Counted from the whole stretch's first letter, positions 40,199 to 50,989 are shown. The stretch: DNA of 62,809 nt, filler included, from 6 parts of 6 records of this genome joined end to end with filler, not necessarily neighbours in it; one strand, 5' to 3'. Numbers and translations are program-made. Notes: generated from the sequence alone by a model not told the origin.

Positions 40199-40381
40199 AT
40201 GACCACACCAATGCACTGCCCGGGATTCGAGCAGTTCAAAAGCCTTAAATCCTTTGTCTGCAAGTGCCCGGAATGCAACGCGGAGAACGAGATATTTTCA
40301 GACGAATTCGACAAAAAGCATGCCTGCACCGCCTGCGGCAAACAGATCGATTTTAAGCAATGCAAAGCCGAAAATCTTTAA
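40199..40381 (+). CDS. Small Cys-rich zinc-ribbon protein
   Basis: HCPG, CKCPEC..EIFSDE..CTACG; SD AGGAGG. Confidence 0.8.
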   Translation: MTTPMHCPGFEQFKSLKSFVCKCPECNAENEIFSDEFDKKHACTACGKQIDFKQCKAENL

Positions 40382-40468
40382 CCGGAATCGATTTTAATAA
40401 ATGCAAAGCTAAAACCTTTGAACAGAATCGATTTTGAAAAATGCAAAGCAAAAGACCTATGACCTGAA
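40346..40468 (+). repeat. Three degenerate ~40-bp tandem repeats copying the 3' end of the Zn-ribbon gene
   Basis: ATCGATTTT-N4-AATGCAAAGC at 40346, 40387 and 40427. Confidence 0.85.
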
Positions 40469-40490
40469 ATCTATCAGAAGGGAGGATCAC

Positions 40491-40952
40491 ATGTCGTTCA
40501 AATCCATGGATGAAATTCTTGCCTATGCCATTGAAAAAGAAGAGGAAGCCGTTGCGTTTTATACGGAACTGAGCGAAAAAAAGGGGTTCGCCTCGGTAAA
40601 AGAGACCTTTAAGAACTTTGCCGATGAAGAGAAAAAGCATGCCAAGATGCTCCGGGAACTGTCCCTGGATGCCTCAAAGATTGAATCCTACGAGGTCAAA
40701 AAGATTCCCGATCTCAAGATCAGCGACTACATGGTGGAAATAGAGTATTCGGAAGGAATGCTGATGCCCGAGATCCTCAGGCTTGCCATGAAGCGGGAAG
40801 AGCAGGCGGTAAAACTGTACAAGGATCTTGGGGAAAAATCCCCCACCCCGGAACTGCAAAAGATCTTCCAGATCCTGGTACAGGAGGAATCAAAACACAA
40901 GCTCTCCCTTGAGACCATGTACGACGATTTCCTGGCCGACCATGAATACTGA
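40491..40952 (+). CDS. Rubrerythrin/ferritin-like diiron protein
   Basis: Two E..A..Y / EExxH modules (EEKKH, EESKH); SD GGAGG before ATG 40491. Confidence 0.88.
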   Translation: MSFKSMDEILAYAIEKEEEAVAFYTELSEKKGFASVKETFKNFADEEKKHAKMLRELSLDASKIESYEVKKIPDLKISDYMVEIEYSEGMLMPEILRLAMKREEQAVKLYKDLGEKSPTPELQKIFQILVQEESKHKLSLETMYDDFLADHEY

Positions 40953-40992
40953 TTGCCCCCCGTATGTTCCCGCATTCCGAGGGCATTGACGG

Positions 40993-41025
40993 AAAAGAGC
41001 CCCCGGCGGCAATCGCCGGGGGCTC
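40993..41025. terminator. Hairpin terminator between convergent genes
   Basis: GAGCCCCCGGCG-GCAAT-CGCCGGGGGCTC. Confidence 0.7.
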
Positions 41026-41038
41026 CTTACAAAAAAGG

Positions 41039-41618
41039 TCACGACTTCATGCGCACGCAGACGGCCGTGGCGAACTCGGAGCACTTCACCTCCATGGCAT
41101 CGGGGATCTGGCGGGCAAGATCGTAGGTGACGATTCCATCCAGAATGGTCTGTTCCAGGGCCCGGGTGATCACCCCGGCCGCCCCGTTCCACCCCATGTG
41201 CTCCAGCATCATCACGCCGGAGAGAATCAGGGAGCCCGGGTTGACCTTGTCCTGGCCCGCATATTTCGGCGCGGTCCCGTGGGTCGCCTCAAACAGGGCG
41301 CACTCGTCGCCGATGTTGGCCCCCGGGGAAAGCCCCAGCCCTCCCACCTGGGCTGCCAGGGCGTCGGAGATATAGTCCCCGTTCAGGTTGGGCGCGGCAA
41401 TGATGTCGAACTCGTCGGGCCGGAGCAGCACCTGCTGGAACAGGTTGTCGGCGATCCTGTCCCGGATGAGGATTTTTCCCCTGGGAAGCTTGCCGTCATA
41501 TTTTTCAAACAACGCTTCTTCGGTAACGACAGTATCGGGGAACATCCCGGTCGCCGCCTCATACCCCCAGCGTTTGAAGGCGCCTTCCGTAAACTTCATG
41601 ATGTTCCCCTTGTGCATG
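41039..41618 (-). CDS. icd: NADP-isocitrate dehydrogenase, 5'-truncated
   Basis: [42 protein letters not shown]. Confidence 0.95.
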
Positions 41619-41718
41619 NNNNNNNNNNNNNNNNNNNNNNNNNNNNNNNNNNNNNNNNNNNNTTAATTAATTAANNNNNNNNNNNNNNNNNNNNNNNNNN
41701 NNNNNNNNNNNNNNNNNN
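41619..41718. other. Artificial contig linker
   Basis: N44-TTAATTAATTAA-N44. Confidence 0.99.
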
Positions 41719-42330
41719 ATGAATATTGTTGATGTAATGCTTTCCCAAAAAGGAACATACGCGTTTGAAGAGAAAAAAAGCATAAGAGAGGTTCACGGAG
41801 TTAGAACCGTTGATATAAAGATGGTGCAGATACTGTCAAGCTGTCTTGATTCTTCGGAAAATAGAAAAGCCTTGTCTTTTATAATGAAACATGTTTACAG
41901 CAATGTAACGGAGAGGTCTCGTGCAGACTATTTGATAGTTGGCAAGCCGTTTATTCAAAATTTTCTGGCAACGGAAGTTGACTTTCTAAAGTATGTTTCA
42001 AAGGCGACAGAGGACTATAGCAAGGGCGGATGGAAAGTTCAAAGTAGGTTAAGTAGCTCAAAAACAATCAACACGGCGCTTCTCTATTTTTTTAGAGGTT
42101 TTGTTATTTTGGGAATTTTTGCATTCCTTTATCTTGCAACAATGACAAACACTTTTAAAGTTGAAAAGGAGCATCGATCTGTCAAGGATTTTTATTTTTT
42201 TAAAGTTTCTCTTCTTTCGTCGCTGACAAGCTTTGAAACAGGTGCTAAGCCTGATGTTAACAAAACCGTGGAGTCAGGTCTGATAAGCAAGGACGAAGTT
42301 GAAAATTCTGGTTATCAAATAAAGGAGTAG
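41719..42330 (+). CDS. Hypothetical membrane protein, probably 5'-partial
   Basis: ORF starts at the contig edge; one TM segment. Confidence 0.5.
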   Translation: MNIVDVMLSQKGTYAFEEKKSIREVHGVRTVDIKMVQILSSCLDSSENRKALSFIMKHVYSNVTERSRADYLIVGKPFIQNFLATEVDFLKYVSKATEDYSKGGWKVQSRLSSSKTINTALLYFFRGFVILGIFAFLYLATMTNTFKVEKEHRSVKDFYFFKVSLLSSLTSFETGAKPDVNKTVESGLISKDEVENSGYQIKE

Positions 42331-42333
42331 GTC

Positions 42334-44709
42334 ATGGCGAGAAAGATCAAGGAAATCAATCCAAAGGAATTGAGATACTATCCGGAACTGAAAAAATACC
42401 AGGGAAAAACTACAAAAGAAATAGAGCCGGTGTCTCAACTCGTTTTTCAAAGAAGGGGTTTTGAGGCGATGGACTTTGGACTTACAGTCAATAAAAAAGG
42501 TTTTAATATCTATGTTGCCGGAGATGCAGGCACAGGTAAGACATCCAATGTTAAGGCCCATGTTGAGTGTTTGGCTGCAAAGATGCCGGTTCCTGATGAT
42601 ATTATCTATGTTCATAATTTTGAAGACCCTGATTCTCCAGCACTTATTTCAATGACTGCCGGAAAAGGTGAGTGTTTTGTAAAAGATATGGAAGATGCTC
42701 TTTCAACTTTTATTTTTCAGGTGCCAAGACAGATGGAAAGTGAAAGCTTTGAGATCCAGAAAGGGGAAGTTGCCAGATGGTATCAGGAAGAAAGCCAGAA
42801 CAACTACGCTGAAATAGAAAAAGAGGCTACCAAGCTGAGCTTTTCGATCAAATCCACACAGAACGGACTGGTAATAAACCCACTTGTTGACGGAGCCATT
42901 ATTGATAAGGAAAAATTTGATGCACTTTCTGAAGAACAAAAAGAGATAATAAAGGGAGATGAAGAGCTTCTTCAGGAAAAACTTATAGCATATTTTCATA
43001 AAGAGCGTCGTCTTGAGAAAAAATATAAGGAAAAGCTCACAAATCTTAGACAGACAATGGTTCGCCTTATTGTTACTGAGCCGCTTAAAGAGGTGAAGCA
43101 TAAGTACCCTGAAAATAAAAAAGTTGAGCATTACCTTGAAGGTCTTTTAAAGCATATCGTTAATTATTACAACGAGTTCTTTATCCATAGAGATTTGGAA
43201 GAAGGCAAAATAGACCCATCAAAAGTAGTTGCCCCGGATTTTAAAGAATATAAAGTTAACTTACTTATCAACAACAAAGGACTAACTGGTGCTCCGGTTG
43301 TTTATGAAACTTCACCAACGTTTCAAAGCATCATCGGATTTTTTGAGTATGAAGAATTTCATAACTCTCTTTTTACTGATTTCACAAAAATGAAACCGGG
43401 TGCGCTTCATAAGGCAAATGGTGGCTTTCTGATCATTCAGGCAAGTGATATTTTAAAAAATTACTATGCATGGACAGCTTTAAAAAGATCTGTAAGAAAC
43501 CGCTCTGTGAAAATTGGGGACGTTGATATTGATTTTAAATACAGGATCAATATTGTTCCTGATCCTCAGCCGGTTGAGCTTGATATTAAGGTTATTGTTA
43601 TTGGTGATGACTATGTTTATCATATGCTTTATAACCATGATCCTGATTTTAGAAGAATTTTTAAAGTTAAAGCTGATTTCGGCTCTTCCATAGATATTAC
43701 CGCGAGCTCAACAGACGCACTTATCGGGTTTATTTCTCGTGTTGTAAACGAAGACTGTGACCTTCCTTTTGATGCTAGTGCGATCAGAAGACTGCTGCAT
43801 TACAGTTCAAGAAAGGCCGGGGATAAGAAGAAATACAGGATCCATGCCAGTGATATTGTTGAAGTTATTGTTGAATCAGCATTCTTTGCAAAAAAGAAAA
43901 AGAAAAAAGTTGTTGATGAGCTACTTGTTAAAAAGGCTTTGACAAACAGAGAGGCCAGACATGACAGGTTTAAAGAACATTACTATGAATCAATTGAAAG
44001 AGGCAAGATCCTCATTGATGTAAAGGGAAAGGAAGAAGGACAGATAAATGGCCTTGCGGTTTATTCCATTGGTGACTACAGCTTTGGAATTCCTTCAAGG
44101 ATCACAGCGATGGTCTTTGCCGGTAGAAGAGGAATAATAAACATTGAAAGAGAAGCTCGTCTTTCAGGCTCAATACACGATAAAGGCGCAATGATATTAG
44201 CTGGTTATATGGGGAACACCTTTGCTCAGGACAAGCATCTTTCTCTTAGCGCTTCAATAGCTTTTGAGCAGAGCTACGGAGGAGTTGATGGTGATAGTGC
44301 AAGCTCAACAGAGCTTTATGCACTTCTTTCAGCACTTTCAGATATTCCTATTAAGCAGACTATTGCTGTAACAGGTTCAATAAATCAGCTTGGAGATATT
44401 CAGCCTATTGGCGGAGTGAACGAAAAGATCGAAGGTTTTTATGAAATATGTAAAATTAAGGGAATGACAGGCGATCAGGGTGTTATTATTCCAATTCAGA
44501 ATACTCAGAACCTTAATCTTTCAGATGACGTTGTAGAATCTGTTAAAAAGGGTGAGTTCCATATTTATGCGATCAAGAATGTCCGTGAAGGAATTGAAAT
44601 ACTCACTGGAGTCCAAGCTGGAAGAAGACTTAGAAATGGTGAATTTACTAAGGATTCGGTTTTTGATCTTGTAAACCAGAAGATAAAGACTTTAAACAAG
44701 ATAAAGTAA
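42334..44709 (+). CDS. Lon-family protease (LonB/LonC-like, AAA_32 + S16)
   Basis: GDAGTGKT, GALHKANGG, HDKG, DGDSAS (Ser), GGVNEKIEGF (Lys). Confidence 0.92.
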   Translation: MARKIKEINPKELRYYPELKKYQGKTTKEIEPVSQLVFQRRGFEAMDFGLTVNKKGFNIYVAGDAGTGKTSNVKAHVECLAAKMPVPDDIIYVHNFEDPDSPALISMTAGKGECFVKDMEDALSTFIFQVPRQMESESFEIQKGEVARWYQEESQNNYAEIEKEATKLSFSIKSTQNGLVINPLVDGAIIDKEKFDALSEEQKEIIKGDEELLQEKLIAYFHKERRLEKKYKEKLTNLRQTMVRLIVTEPLKEVKHKYPENKKVEHYLEGLLKHIVNYYNEFFIHRDLEEGKIDPSKVVAPDFKEYKVNLLINNKGLTGAPVVYETSPTFQSIIGFFEYEEFHNSLFTDFTKMKPGALHKANGGFLIIQASDILKNYYAWTALKRSVRNRSVKIGDVDIDFKYRINIVPDPQPVELDIKVIVIGDDYVYHMLYNHDPDFRRIFKVKADFGSSIDITASSTDALIGFISRVVNEDCDLPFDASAIRRLLHYSSRKAGDKKKYRIHASDIVEVIVESAFFAKKKKKKVVDELLVKKALTNREARHDRFKEHYYESIERGKILIDVKGKEEGQINGLAVYSIGDYSFGIPSRITAMVFAGRRGIINIEREARLSGSIHDKGAMILAGYMGNTFAQDKHLSLSASIAFEQSYGGVDGDSASSTELYALLSALSDIPIKQTIAVTGSINQLGDIQPIGGVNEKIEGFYEICKIKGMTGDQGVIIPIQNTQNLNLSDDVVESVKKGEFHIYAIKNVREGIEILTGVQAGRRLRNGEFTKDSVFDLVNQKIKTLNKIK

Positions 44710-44720
44710 AAGAGGGTTTT

Positions 44721-45008
44721 ATGCCACAGGTAAAGATGAATTTTAAAAGCGAAAAGTCAGACGAAGAAGTTTGGGAATGGCTTAAAAATAATTTTGATAG
44801 AAAAATGGCAGGGAAAACTGCCTATGAAAAAATAATTCTTTCTGAAGAAGTAACTGATAATACTTTGACATTTAAAGGCAGAACGGTTTCCGGTTCTATA
44901 AAAGTTGTTTCAGGTGTCATTGATATTATCGTTGCTGTGCCTCTTCTTTACAGGCCTTTTATTCCAAGGATCAAAGCAGCTGTATCAAAAGTTTTTGAAG
45001 AGATATGA
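44721..45008 (+). CDS. Small hypothetical protein (possible PHA-system-associated fold)
   Basis: SD AGAGG; 95 aa with an alpha/beta pattern. Confidence 0.5.
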   Translation: MPQVKMNFKSEKSDEEVWEWLKNNFDRKMAGKTAYEKIILSEEVTDNTLTFKGRTVSGSIKVVSGVIDIIVAVPLLYRPFIPRIKAAVSKVFEEI

Positions 45009-45625
45009 TCGAAAAGTTTCTCACAATTTTTAAGACATTCGGGCCTTACGAGATCAAAGAAAAAAGTTCCAAGTTTATTTCGCACTGCTTTCCAGTTAAA
45101 ACAGCACAAGAAGCGGAAGAGACGATCAAAAAGCTTTGGAAAGAGCATTATAACGCCACTCATATCTGTTATGCCTATAACCTTGGTGAAGGTAAAACTG
45201 AAAAGTTCAGATATAACGATGACGGAGAACCTTCAGGAACCGCAGGACTACCAATTTATAATGAGATTCTTAGAAAAGAGCTGTTTAATGTTCTTGTTAC
45301 TTCTATCAGATATTACGGTGGAACAAAGCTGGGAACAGGTGGACTTACAAGAACCTATGGTCTTTCAGCGAGAACTGTGCTGGAAGAAGTTGAGGCTGTA
45401 ACAATTCATCTTAAAGATCAGGTTGTTATGGATGTTCCTTTTGATCTGACAGGAATTGCAATGAACCATATAAACCAGTTTGAAATGGTCGACATTGGTG
45501 AAACTCTCTATAACGAAACAGGTCAGACAATGAACCTTCAGGTTCCAGTTGCTTCTGTAGAAAAATTTATTGCTGACATGATAGAAAGAAGTAACGGAAA
45601 GATAGTGCCAAAAGAAAACACTTAA
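45005..45625 (+). CDS. yigZ: YigZ/IMPACT family protein
   Basis: KSSKF, ATHICYAY, DDGEPSGTAG, RYYGGTKLGTGGL. Confidence 0.92.
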   Translation: MIEKFLTIFKTFGPYEIKEKSSKFISHCFPVKTAQEAEETIKKLWKEHYNATHICYAYNLGEGKTEKFRYNDDGEPSGTAGLPIYNEILRKELFNVLVTSIRYYGGTKLGTGGLTRTYGLSARTVLEEVEAVTIHLKDQVVMDVPFDLTGIAMNHINQFEMVDIGETLYNETGQTMNLQVPVASVEKFIADMIERSNGKIVPKENT

Positions 45626-45637
45626 AAAGGAAAGACA

Positions 45638-46411
45638 ATGAGCGAAGAAAAAAAGTCAATACATGAATGTGATATTGCGTTAATAGTTGAATATTACTCA
45701 ACTTTAGAAAGACAAGGGCCGGGAAGTCCGGAAGTCACCAAAAAGGCTTTAAGCTTTGTTGAAGGTCTTGAAAATAGCTCAAAAATTGCAGATATTGGCT
45801 GCGGATCAGGTGGTCAGACAATGGTTATGGCGAAACATGCTCCCGGAACGATAACCGGTGTTGATCTTTTTCCTGCCTTTGTCGAAAAGTTTAATGAAAA
45901 TGCGAAAAAACTCGGTATTCAAAATAGAGTGAAATGTATTGAAGGGTCAATGGACGCTCTTCCTTTTAATGAAGATGAAATGGATCTCATGTATTCAGAA
46001 GGTGCGATCTACAACATTGGTTTTGAACGCGGACTCAAAGAATGGAAAAAATTCCTTAAAAAAGGCGGATATGTTGCAGTTTCAGAGGTTTCCTGGTTTA
46101 CGAATGAGCGACCAAAAGAGATCGAAGAGTTCTGGATGGATGCTTATCCTCAAATTGACACTATTCCCAATAAAATAAAGCAGATGCAGGATGCAGGTTA
46201 CACGCCTGTCGCAAGTTTTATTCTGCCTGATCTTTGCTGGACAGAGCATTTTTACGCGCCTCAGGTTCAAGCTCAGATAGATTTTCTAGAAAAGCATAAA
46301 GGCAATGAAGCTGCCAAGGATTTTATTGAGAATCAGCGCCATGAAACAAGGCTGTATAATAAGTATAAAGATTTCTATGGATATGTTTTCTATATTGGGA
46401 AAAAGATCTAA
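45638..46411 (+). CDS. Class I SAM-dependent methyltransferase
   Basis: RQGPGS, IADIGCGSGG, SEGAIYNIGF. Confidence 0.9.
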   Translation: MSEEKKSIHECDIALIVEYYSTLERQGPGSPEVTKKALSFVEGLENSSKIADIGCGSGGQTMVMAKHAPGTITGVDLFPAFVEKFNENAKKLGIQNRVKCIEGSMDALPFNEDEMDLMYSEGAIYNIGFERGLKEWKKFLKKGGYVAVSEVSWFTNERPKEIEEFWMDAYPQIDTIPNKIKQMQDAGYTPVASFILPDLCWTEHFYAPQVQAQIDFLEKHKGNEAAKDFIENQRHETRLYNKYKDFYGYVFYIGKKI

Positions 46412-47112
46412 AGATTCAGCTTGATCCCTGAAGTATAGTTTCTTATCTTTTCGACAAATTCTTCTGTTGTTTTCTTGTCTTCAAGGTTTTTAAGAGCGTG
46501 GTCAAGAGCAGTCATTCCTTTGTAATCTTTAGCAAGGGGGCTTGCTTTTAACTCTATGAGCTTGTTGAGATATTTCGAATAATTCTTTTCCGCTGAATAA
46601 ATTAGAGCGGTCTTTCGATCCTTATCTCGGTCATTTATATCTACAAGTTTAATGAGAATGTCAAAAACTTCAGGACACTCCTTATTTGTTTTTGCAAGGT
46701 GTGAGAGCAAAGCTGTTCTTGAGTAGTTGTCCTTCCATTTAGGGTTGATGCCTTTTTCAAGAAGCAGCTTAATGTTTTCAATTGAGCAAACTTCTGCAGC
46801 AAAATGTAGCGGAGTTTTCTTCGAATTATCATTTATAACAGTTTCCGCGCCGGCACTTAGAAGCATTTTGCTTATTTTGGGATCATTAAGACTAACTGCA
46901 TAAAAAAGTGCCGTTGCCCCGGTCTCATCTGTCTGATTTAAATCAATTTTCTTCTGAAAAAACAGTTTTATAGCAGCTTCATCTTCAGATTTTACTGCAT
47001 GAAAAAATCCAGTCTCATCAGGAAAATATCCGGAGCTCGTGATCTTGTCATCAATGCTTTCTGTGCAGCCAAGAAAAAGAAGAGAAAGGACTGTTAAAAC
47101 GACTAGCTTCAT
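46408..47112 (-). CDS. Ankyrin-repeat lipoprotein
   Basis: Lipobox LFLGC; repeats GATALFYA, TPLHFAA, TALIYS, GMTALDHA. Confidence 0.85.
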   Translation of the reverse strand: MKLVVLTVLSLLFLGCTESIDDKITSSGYFPDETGFFHAVKSEDEAAIKLFFQKKIDLNQTDETGATALFYAVSLNDPKISKMLLSAGAETVINDNSKKTPLHFAAEVCSIENIKLLLEKGINPKWKDNYSRTALLSHLAKTNKECPEVFDILIKLVDINDRDKDRKTALIYSAEKNYSKYLNKLIELKASPLAKDYKGMTALDHALKNLEDKKTTEEFVEKIRNYTSGIKLNL

Positions 47113-48227
47113 CTCTGTGCTATAAATCCTTTAAACTGTTTAACACATTCTTCGTTCATGTCTTCAAGGCCAATTGAGATCCTTATCCAGTTGGGGAATC
47201 CGTAGCCGGCCATTGGTCTAACAATAACGCCTTTTTTCAACAGATAGTTAAAGCATTCCATTCCTGATGCAGGATCATCATCAATTTTTACAAGAATGAA
47301 ATTTCCCTGAGTTTCAAGATACTCAAGCCCCATTTCGCTAAACTGCTCGTAGTAGTATTCTTTTCCAACTTTGTTAACAGCAACAGACTTTTTAAGATAG
47401 TCCATGTCGTTAAGTGCTGCAATTCCGGCTGCCTGAGCAAGAATATTCGTATTAAAAGGTTCTCTTACACGGTTCATGTAGTCAGCGATCTCAGGAGTTG
47501 TGATCCCGTAGCCAAGTCTAACACCGCTAACTCCAAAAGCTTTAGAAAAAGTTCTAGTTACCATAATGTTCTTAAACTTATCTCTGTATGAAAGAGTGTC
47601 CGGATAATCATCAACGTCCACATAATCATAGTAAGCTTCATCAACAAGAAGAATGGCGTTTTCAGGCATTGCAGCGAGAAGTTTTTCAAAGTCGCTTTTT
47701 GTATAGTATGTTCCAGTTGGATTGTTTGGGTTTACAAGACAAACAAGCTTTGTTTTATCAGTAATTGCAGCTATATATCCATCAATATCGATCTTATGAT
47801 CTGCTGTTTGCGGAACGAGGACTGTTTTGATGTTTGCAGCAGCCGGGATAAGCTCGTAAATGATAAAAGCCTGCTTTGAAACAAGAAGTTCTTCGCCAGG
47901 ACCAACGAGAGTTCTAATAGCAATATCAATGACTTCGTTTGATCCGTTTCCTACAATAACACCGTCAAAATCTATCTTTTCATCTTTTTTTGCGTGATAT
48001 TCAACAATAGCATTTTTAAGATAGAAAGCGTTTCCGTCTGGATAAAAGGCCACTTCTTCCGCAGCTCTTTTAATTGCTTCAACAACATTTGGATTTGCGC
48101 CAAGAGGATTTTCGTTGCTTGCAAGTTTCACTGTGTGGCTAAGTCCAAGCTCTCTTTCAACTTCTGAAATTGGTTTTCCTGGTTTGTAAGGTTTGATGGC
48201 CTTGATGTGTTCTCCGATTCTGATCAT
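47109..48227 (-). CDS. hisC: Histidinol-phosphate aminotransferase
   Basis: YKPGKP, KLASNENPLG, GNGSNE, NPNNPTG, DEAY, RTFSKAFG. Confidence 0.93.
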   Translation of the reverse strand: MIRIGEHIKAIKPYKPGKPISEVERELGLSHTVKLASNENPLGANPNVVEAIKRAAEEVAFYPDGNAFYLKNAIVEYHAKKDEKIDFDGVIVGNGSNEVIDIAIRTLVGPGEELLVSKQAFIIYELIPAAANIKTVLVPQTADHKIDIDGYIAAITDKTKLVCLVNPNNPTGTYYTKSDFEKLLAAMPENAILLVDEAYYDYVDVDDYPDTLSYRDKFKNIMVTRTFSKAFGVSGVRLGYGITTPEIADYMNRVREPFNTNILAQAAGIAALNDMDYLKKSVAVNKVGKEYYYEQFSEMGLEYLETQGNFILVKIDDDPASGMECFNYLLKKGVIVRPMAGYGFPNWIRISIGLEDMNEECVKQFKGFIAQR

Positions 48228-50800
48228 TAGTTGTCTCCTTCCGGGTTTTTAATATGATAAAGCTTAAAAATAATGTCCATTGCCTGTCTGGGTGTCATAT
48301 TGTTTGGATCAATATCATCAATAATATCTATGGTTTTTGATATATGTTCCGGGATTTCTGCTTCAGCTGCAGATTCCATTGAAAAAATATCTGTCTGCAA
48401 AGAACTCCCTCTTTCAAATCTGATCTTTCTATCTGTTTTTTCCATGTCTTTGAGGATCTTTTCAGCCTTTTTAATAACATTTGAAGGCATGTCGGTGAGT
48501 TTTGCGACCTCAACACCGAAGCTGCGGTTACTGCCGCCTTCTTTCATCTGATACATAAACCTGATCCTGCCGCCGTATTCTCTGGCTGTCATGTGGAAAT
48601 TACAGCAAGTTGAAAAATCCTCGGCAAGCTCTGTAAGGATATGATAGTGTGTGGCAAAAAGAGTTGTGGCATTAATGTTCTCAATAATATATTCCGCAAT
48701 AGCTTTTGCAAGGCTGATTCCGTCGTAAGTTCCAGTTCCCCGACCGATTTCATCAAGAATTATAAGGCTTTTTGATGTAGCTCGGTTTAAAATTGTAGCT
48801 GTTTCTTTCATCTCGACAAGGAATGTAGACTCACCTTTTGAAAGGTTGTCGCTTGCTCCAACTCTTGTGTAAATTGAATCAACGACCCCGATACTCGCCT
48901 GTTTTGCAGGAACATAGCTTCCGGTTTGGGCAAGAAGAACAACAAGGGCTGTCATCCTCATCAAGGTGGATTTACCACCCATGTTCGGGCCGGTAATTAC
49001 AGAAAACCTTCTTTCGGACTTTCCGATCTTTACTGTCGCCGGAACGTATGTTCCACGAGGCACAGAAGCTTCAACGACAGGGTGTCTTCCATCAATGATC
49101 TCAAGGCCTTCTTCTTCCCGTATTTCAGGTTTGCAGTAGTTGTTCTCAAGTGCCATTTTTGCAAATCCGCAAAAGAGATCAACATAAGAAATAAAGGATG
49201 CAAGGCTTAGAATGTCCTTTTCTGAGCTTTCTATTTCGTTGACAGTATCCTCAAGGACTTTAAGTTCGATCTGAGTCAGGCTGTCCTTTGCTCCAAGGAT
49301 CTTTTCTTCAAGCTCCTTGAGTTCCCCTGTAAAGTATCTTTCTGCATTCGCAGTTGTCTGTTTTCTTATGTAATGCTCCGGAACTTTATCAGAAAAACGT
49401 TTGCTGATTCCGATATAATATCCAAAAACACGGTTAAATCCGACTTTAAGTGTTGATATTCCTGTAGCATCTTTTTCTTTTTGCTCAAGTGCTGCAATAT
49501 GTTCTCTGGAGTTTGAGATCAGGTCGCTAAGTTCTTCAACTTGCTTAGAAAAACTGCTGATGACGAAGCCGCCTTCTTTAAAGTTAAAAGGCGCCTCTTC
49601 AACAAACCTTTCTCCCCAGTTCCTGACAGTTTTTTCATTCATTCCCAGCGCGATCTCATCATCAAAGAACGGCAGGTTTTTTATTAGGATCTTTTTGCGG
49701 ATCTCCAAGGCTGTTTTAACAGATTCAGAAAGCATCTGGATCTCTCTAGGTCCACCTCTTTTAACAAGAATTCTGCTTAATGTTCTCTCAAAATCCTTCA
49801 CTCTTGACAGGTCTGAGCGGATCTCATTAAAAAAGGCAGTATTTTCAATGAGCTCAGTAACACACATCTGTCTAAGAAGGATCTTACCTCTATTCTTAAG
49901 GGGTGTTTTTATAATGTTTGAAAGAAGCCTTTTCCCCATCGGGGTTTGAGTTCTGTCAATTGCCCAAAGTAGCGAGCCTTCTTTTTTTCCGCCGATCAGA
50001 GTTCTTTCAAGTTCAAGATTTGCAGTGGTATTGTAATCAAGTGATGAGCAATCTTCGTTTTGCCACTCAAGAGGTTTTCTAAGTGGTGGAAATTTGCCAA
50101 AATAAAGAGTGTCAAGATAGAAAATGATAGCTTCAAAAGTTTTATAAACTGTTTGTGGAAGTTCACAATCTTTAATTAATTCAAGCTGTTGGAGTGCATT
50201 TTCTGACGGGATCCAAAGATCAAGTTCGTCTTTATCCAGGATATCTCCATTTACAGCTTCAGTGCTTTGAGAAAGTACAACTTCTTTTGGTCTTACTGTC
50301 TGGACAAGATCTTCAAGGTCTTTTTCCTGGCACTGAGAGTAGTAAATATTTCCGCAACTTACATCAACCCAGACGGGTGACGCTTTAAGTCCTGAAAAAG
50401 TCACTGCCATTAACCAATTGCTGCTGTCTTCATTTAGTGAGCTTTCTTCCACGACGGTGCCGGGAGTAAGAACTCTGACAACATCTCTAGCAACAGTCTT
50501 TTTCTTTTTATCCGGCTTTTCTGTCTGCTCACAAACTGCAACCTTTTTGCCTGCTTCAAGAAGTTTTTTTATATAGTTCTCTGCTGCATGGTAAGGAATT
50601 CCTGCAAGTGGAATATCAGCGTCCTTGTGACGGCTTGTAAGCGTTATTCCAAGTATCTGAGATGCAACAACGGCATCTTCAAAGAACATCTCGTAAAAAT
50701 CTCCGAGACGAAAAAATAGAATGGCGTCTGAATACTTTTCCTTAAAAGCAAGATACTGCTTCATCATGGGGGTGTTCAGCGCCTTTTCTTTCGGGTCCAT
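48227..50800 (-). CDS. mutS: DNA mismatch repair protein MutS
   Basis: TPMMKQY, GDFYEMF, GPNMGGKST, STFLVEM, DEIGRGT, FATHYH. Confidence 0.96.
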   Translation of the reverse strand: MDPKEKALNTPMMKQYLAFKEKYSDAILFFRLGDFYEMFFEDAVVASQILGITLTSRHKDADIPLAGIPYHAAENYIKKLLEAGKKVAVCEQTEKPDKKKKTVARDVVRVLTPGTVVEESSLNEDSSNWLMAVTFSGLKASPVWVDVSCGNIYYSQCQEKDLEDLVQTVRPKEVVLSQSTEAVNGDILDKDELDLWIPSENALQQLELIKDCELPQTVYKTFEAIIFYLDTLYFGKFPPLRKPLEWQNEDCSSLDYNTTANLELERTLIGGKKEGSLLWAIDRTQTPMGKRLLSNIIKTPLKNRGKILLRQMCVTELIENTAFFNEIRSDLSRVKDFERTLSRILVKRGGPREIQMLSESVKTALEIRKKILIKNLPFFDDEIALGMNEKTVRNWGERFVEEAPFNFKEGGFVISSFSKQVEELSDLISNSREHIAALEQKEKDATGISTLKVGFNRVFGYYIGISKRFSDKVPEHYIRKQTTANAERYFTGELKELEEKILGAKDSLTQIELKVLEDTVNEIESSEKDILSLASFISYVDLFCGFAKMALENNYCKPEIREEEGLEIIDGRHPVVEASVPRGTYVPATVKIGKSERRFSVITGPNMGGKSTLMRMTALVVLLAQTGSYVPAKQASIGVVDSIYTRVGASDNLSKGESTFLVEMKETATILNRATSKSLIILDEIGRGTGTYDGISLAKAIAEYIIENINATTLFATHYHILTELAEDFSTCCNFHMTAREYGGRIRFMYQMKEGGSNRSFGVEVAKLTDMPSNVIKKAEKILKDMEKTDRKIRFERGSSLQTDIFSMESAAEAEIPEHISKTIDIIDDIDPNNMTPRQAMDIIFKLYHIKNPEGDN

Positions 50801-50989
50801 TCTTCACCTATTTCAAACTTAACACCGGAAAACATATCAGAAAAAAAATTAAAAATAAAGGAGGTAATAAATATTAAATGATTTTGTAATAATTAATGGT
50901 ATTCGTTTAAGAATTTTTGATTTTTTCCGCTATTTTCTTAAAATTTACGCAGTAGCAGTCAATTGGTTTTAAACATTTTGGAGGTTTTT

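Noticed and set aside
40346-40468. ~40-bp repeats as a mini CRISPR array
   Set aside because: Units are contiguous with no unique spacers, the first is coding, and no cas genes are present
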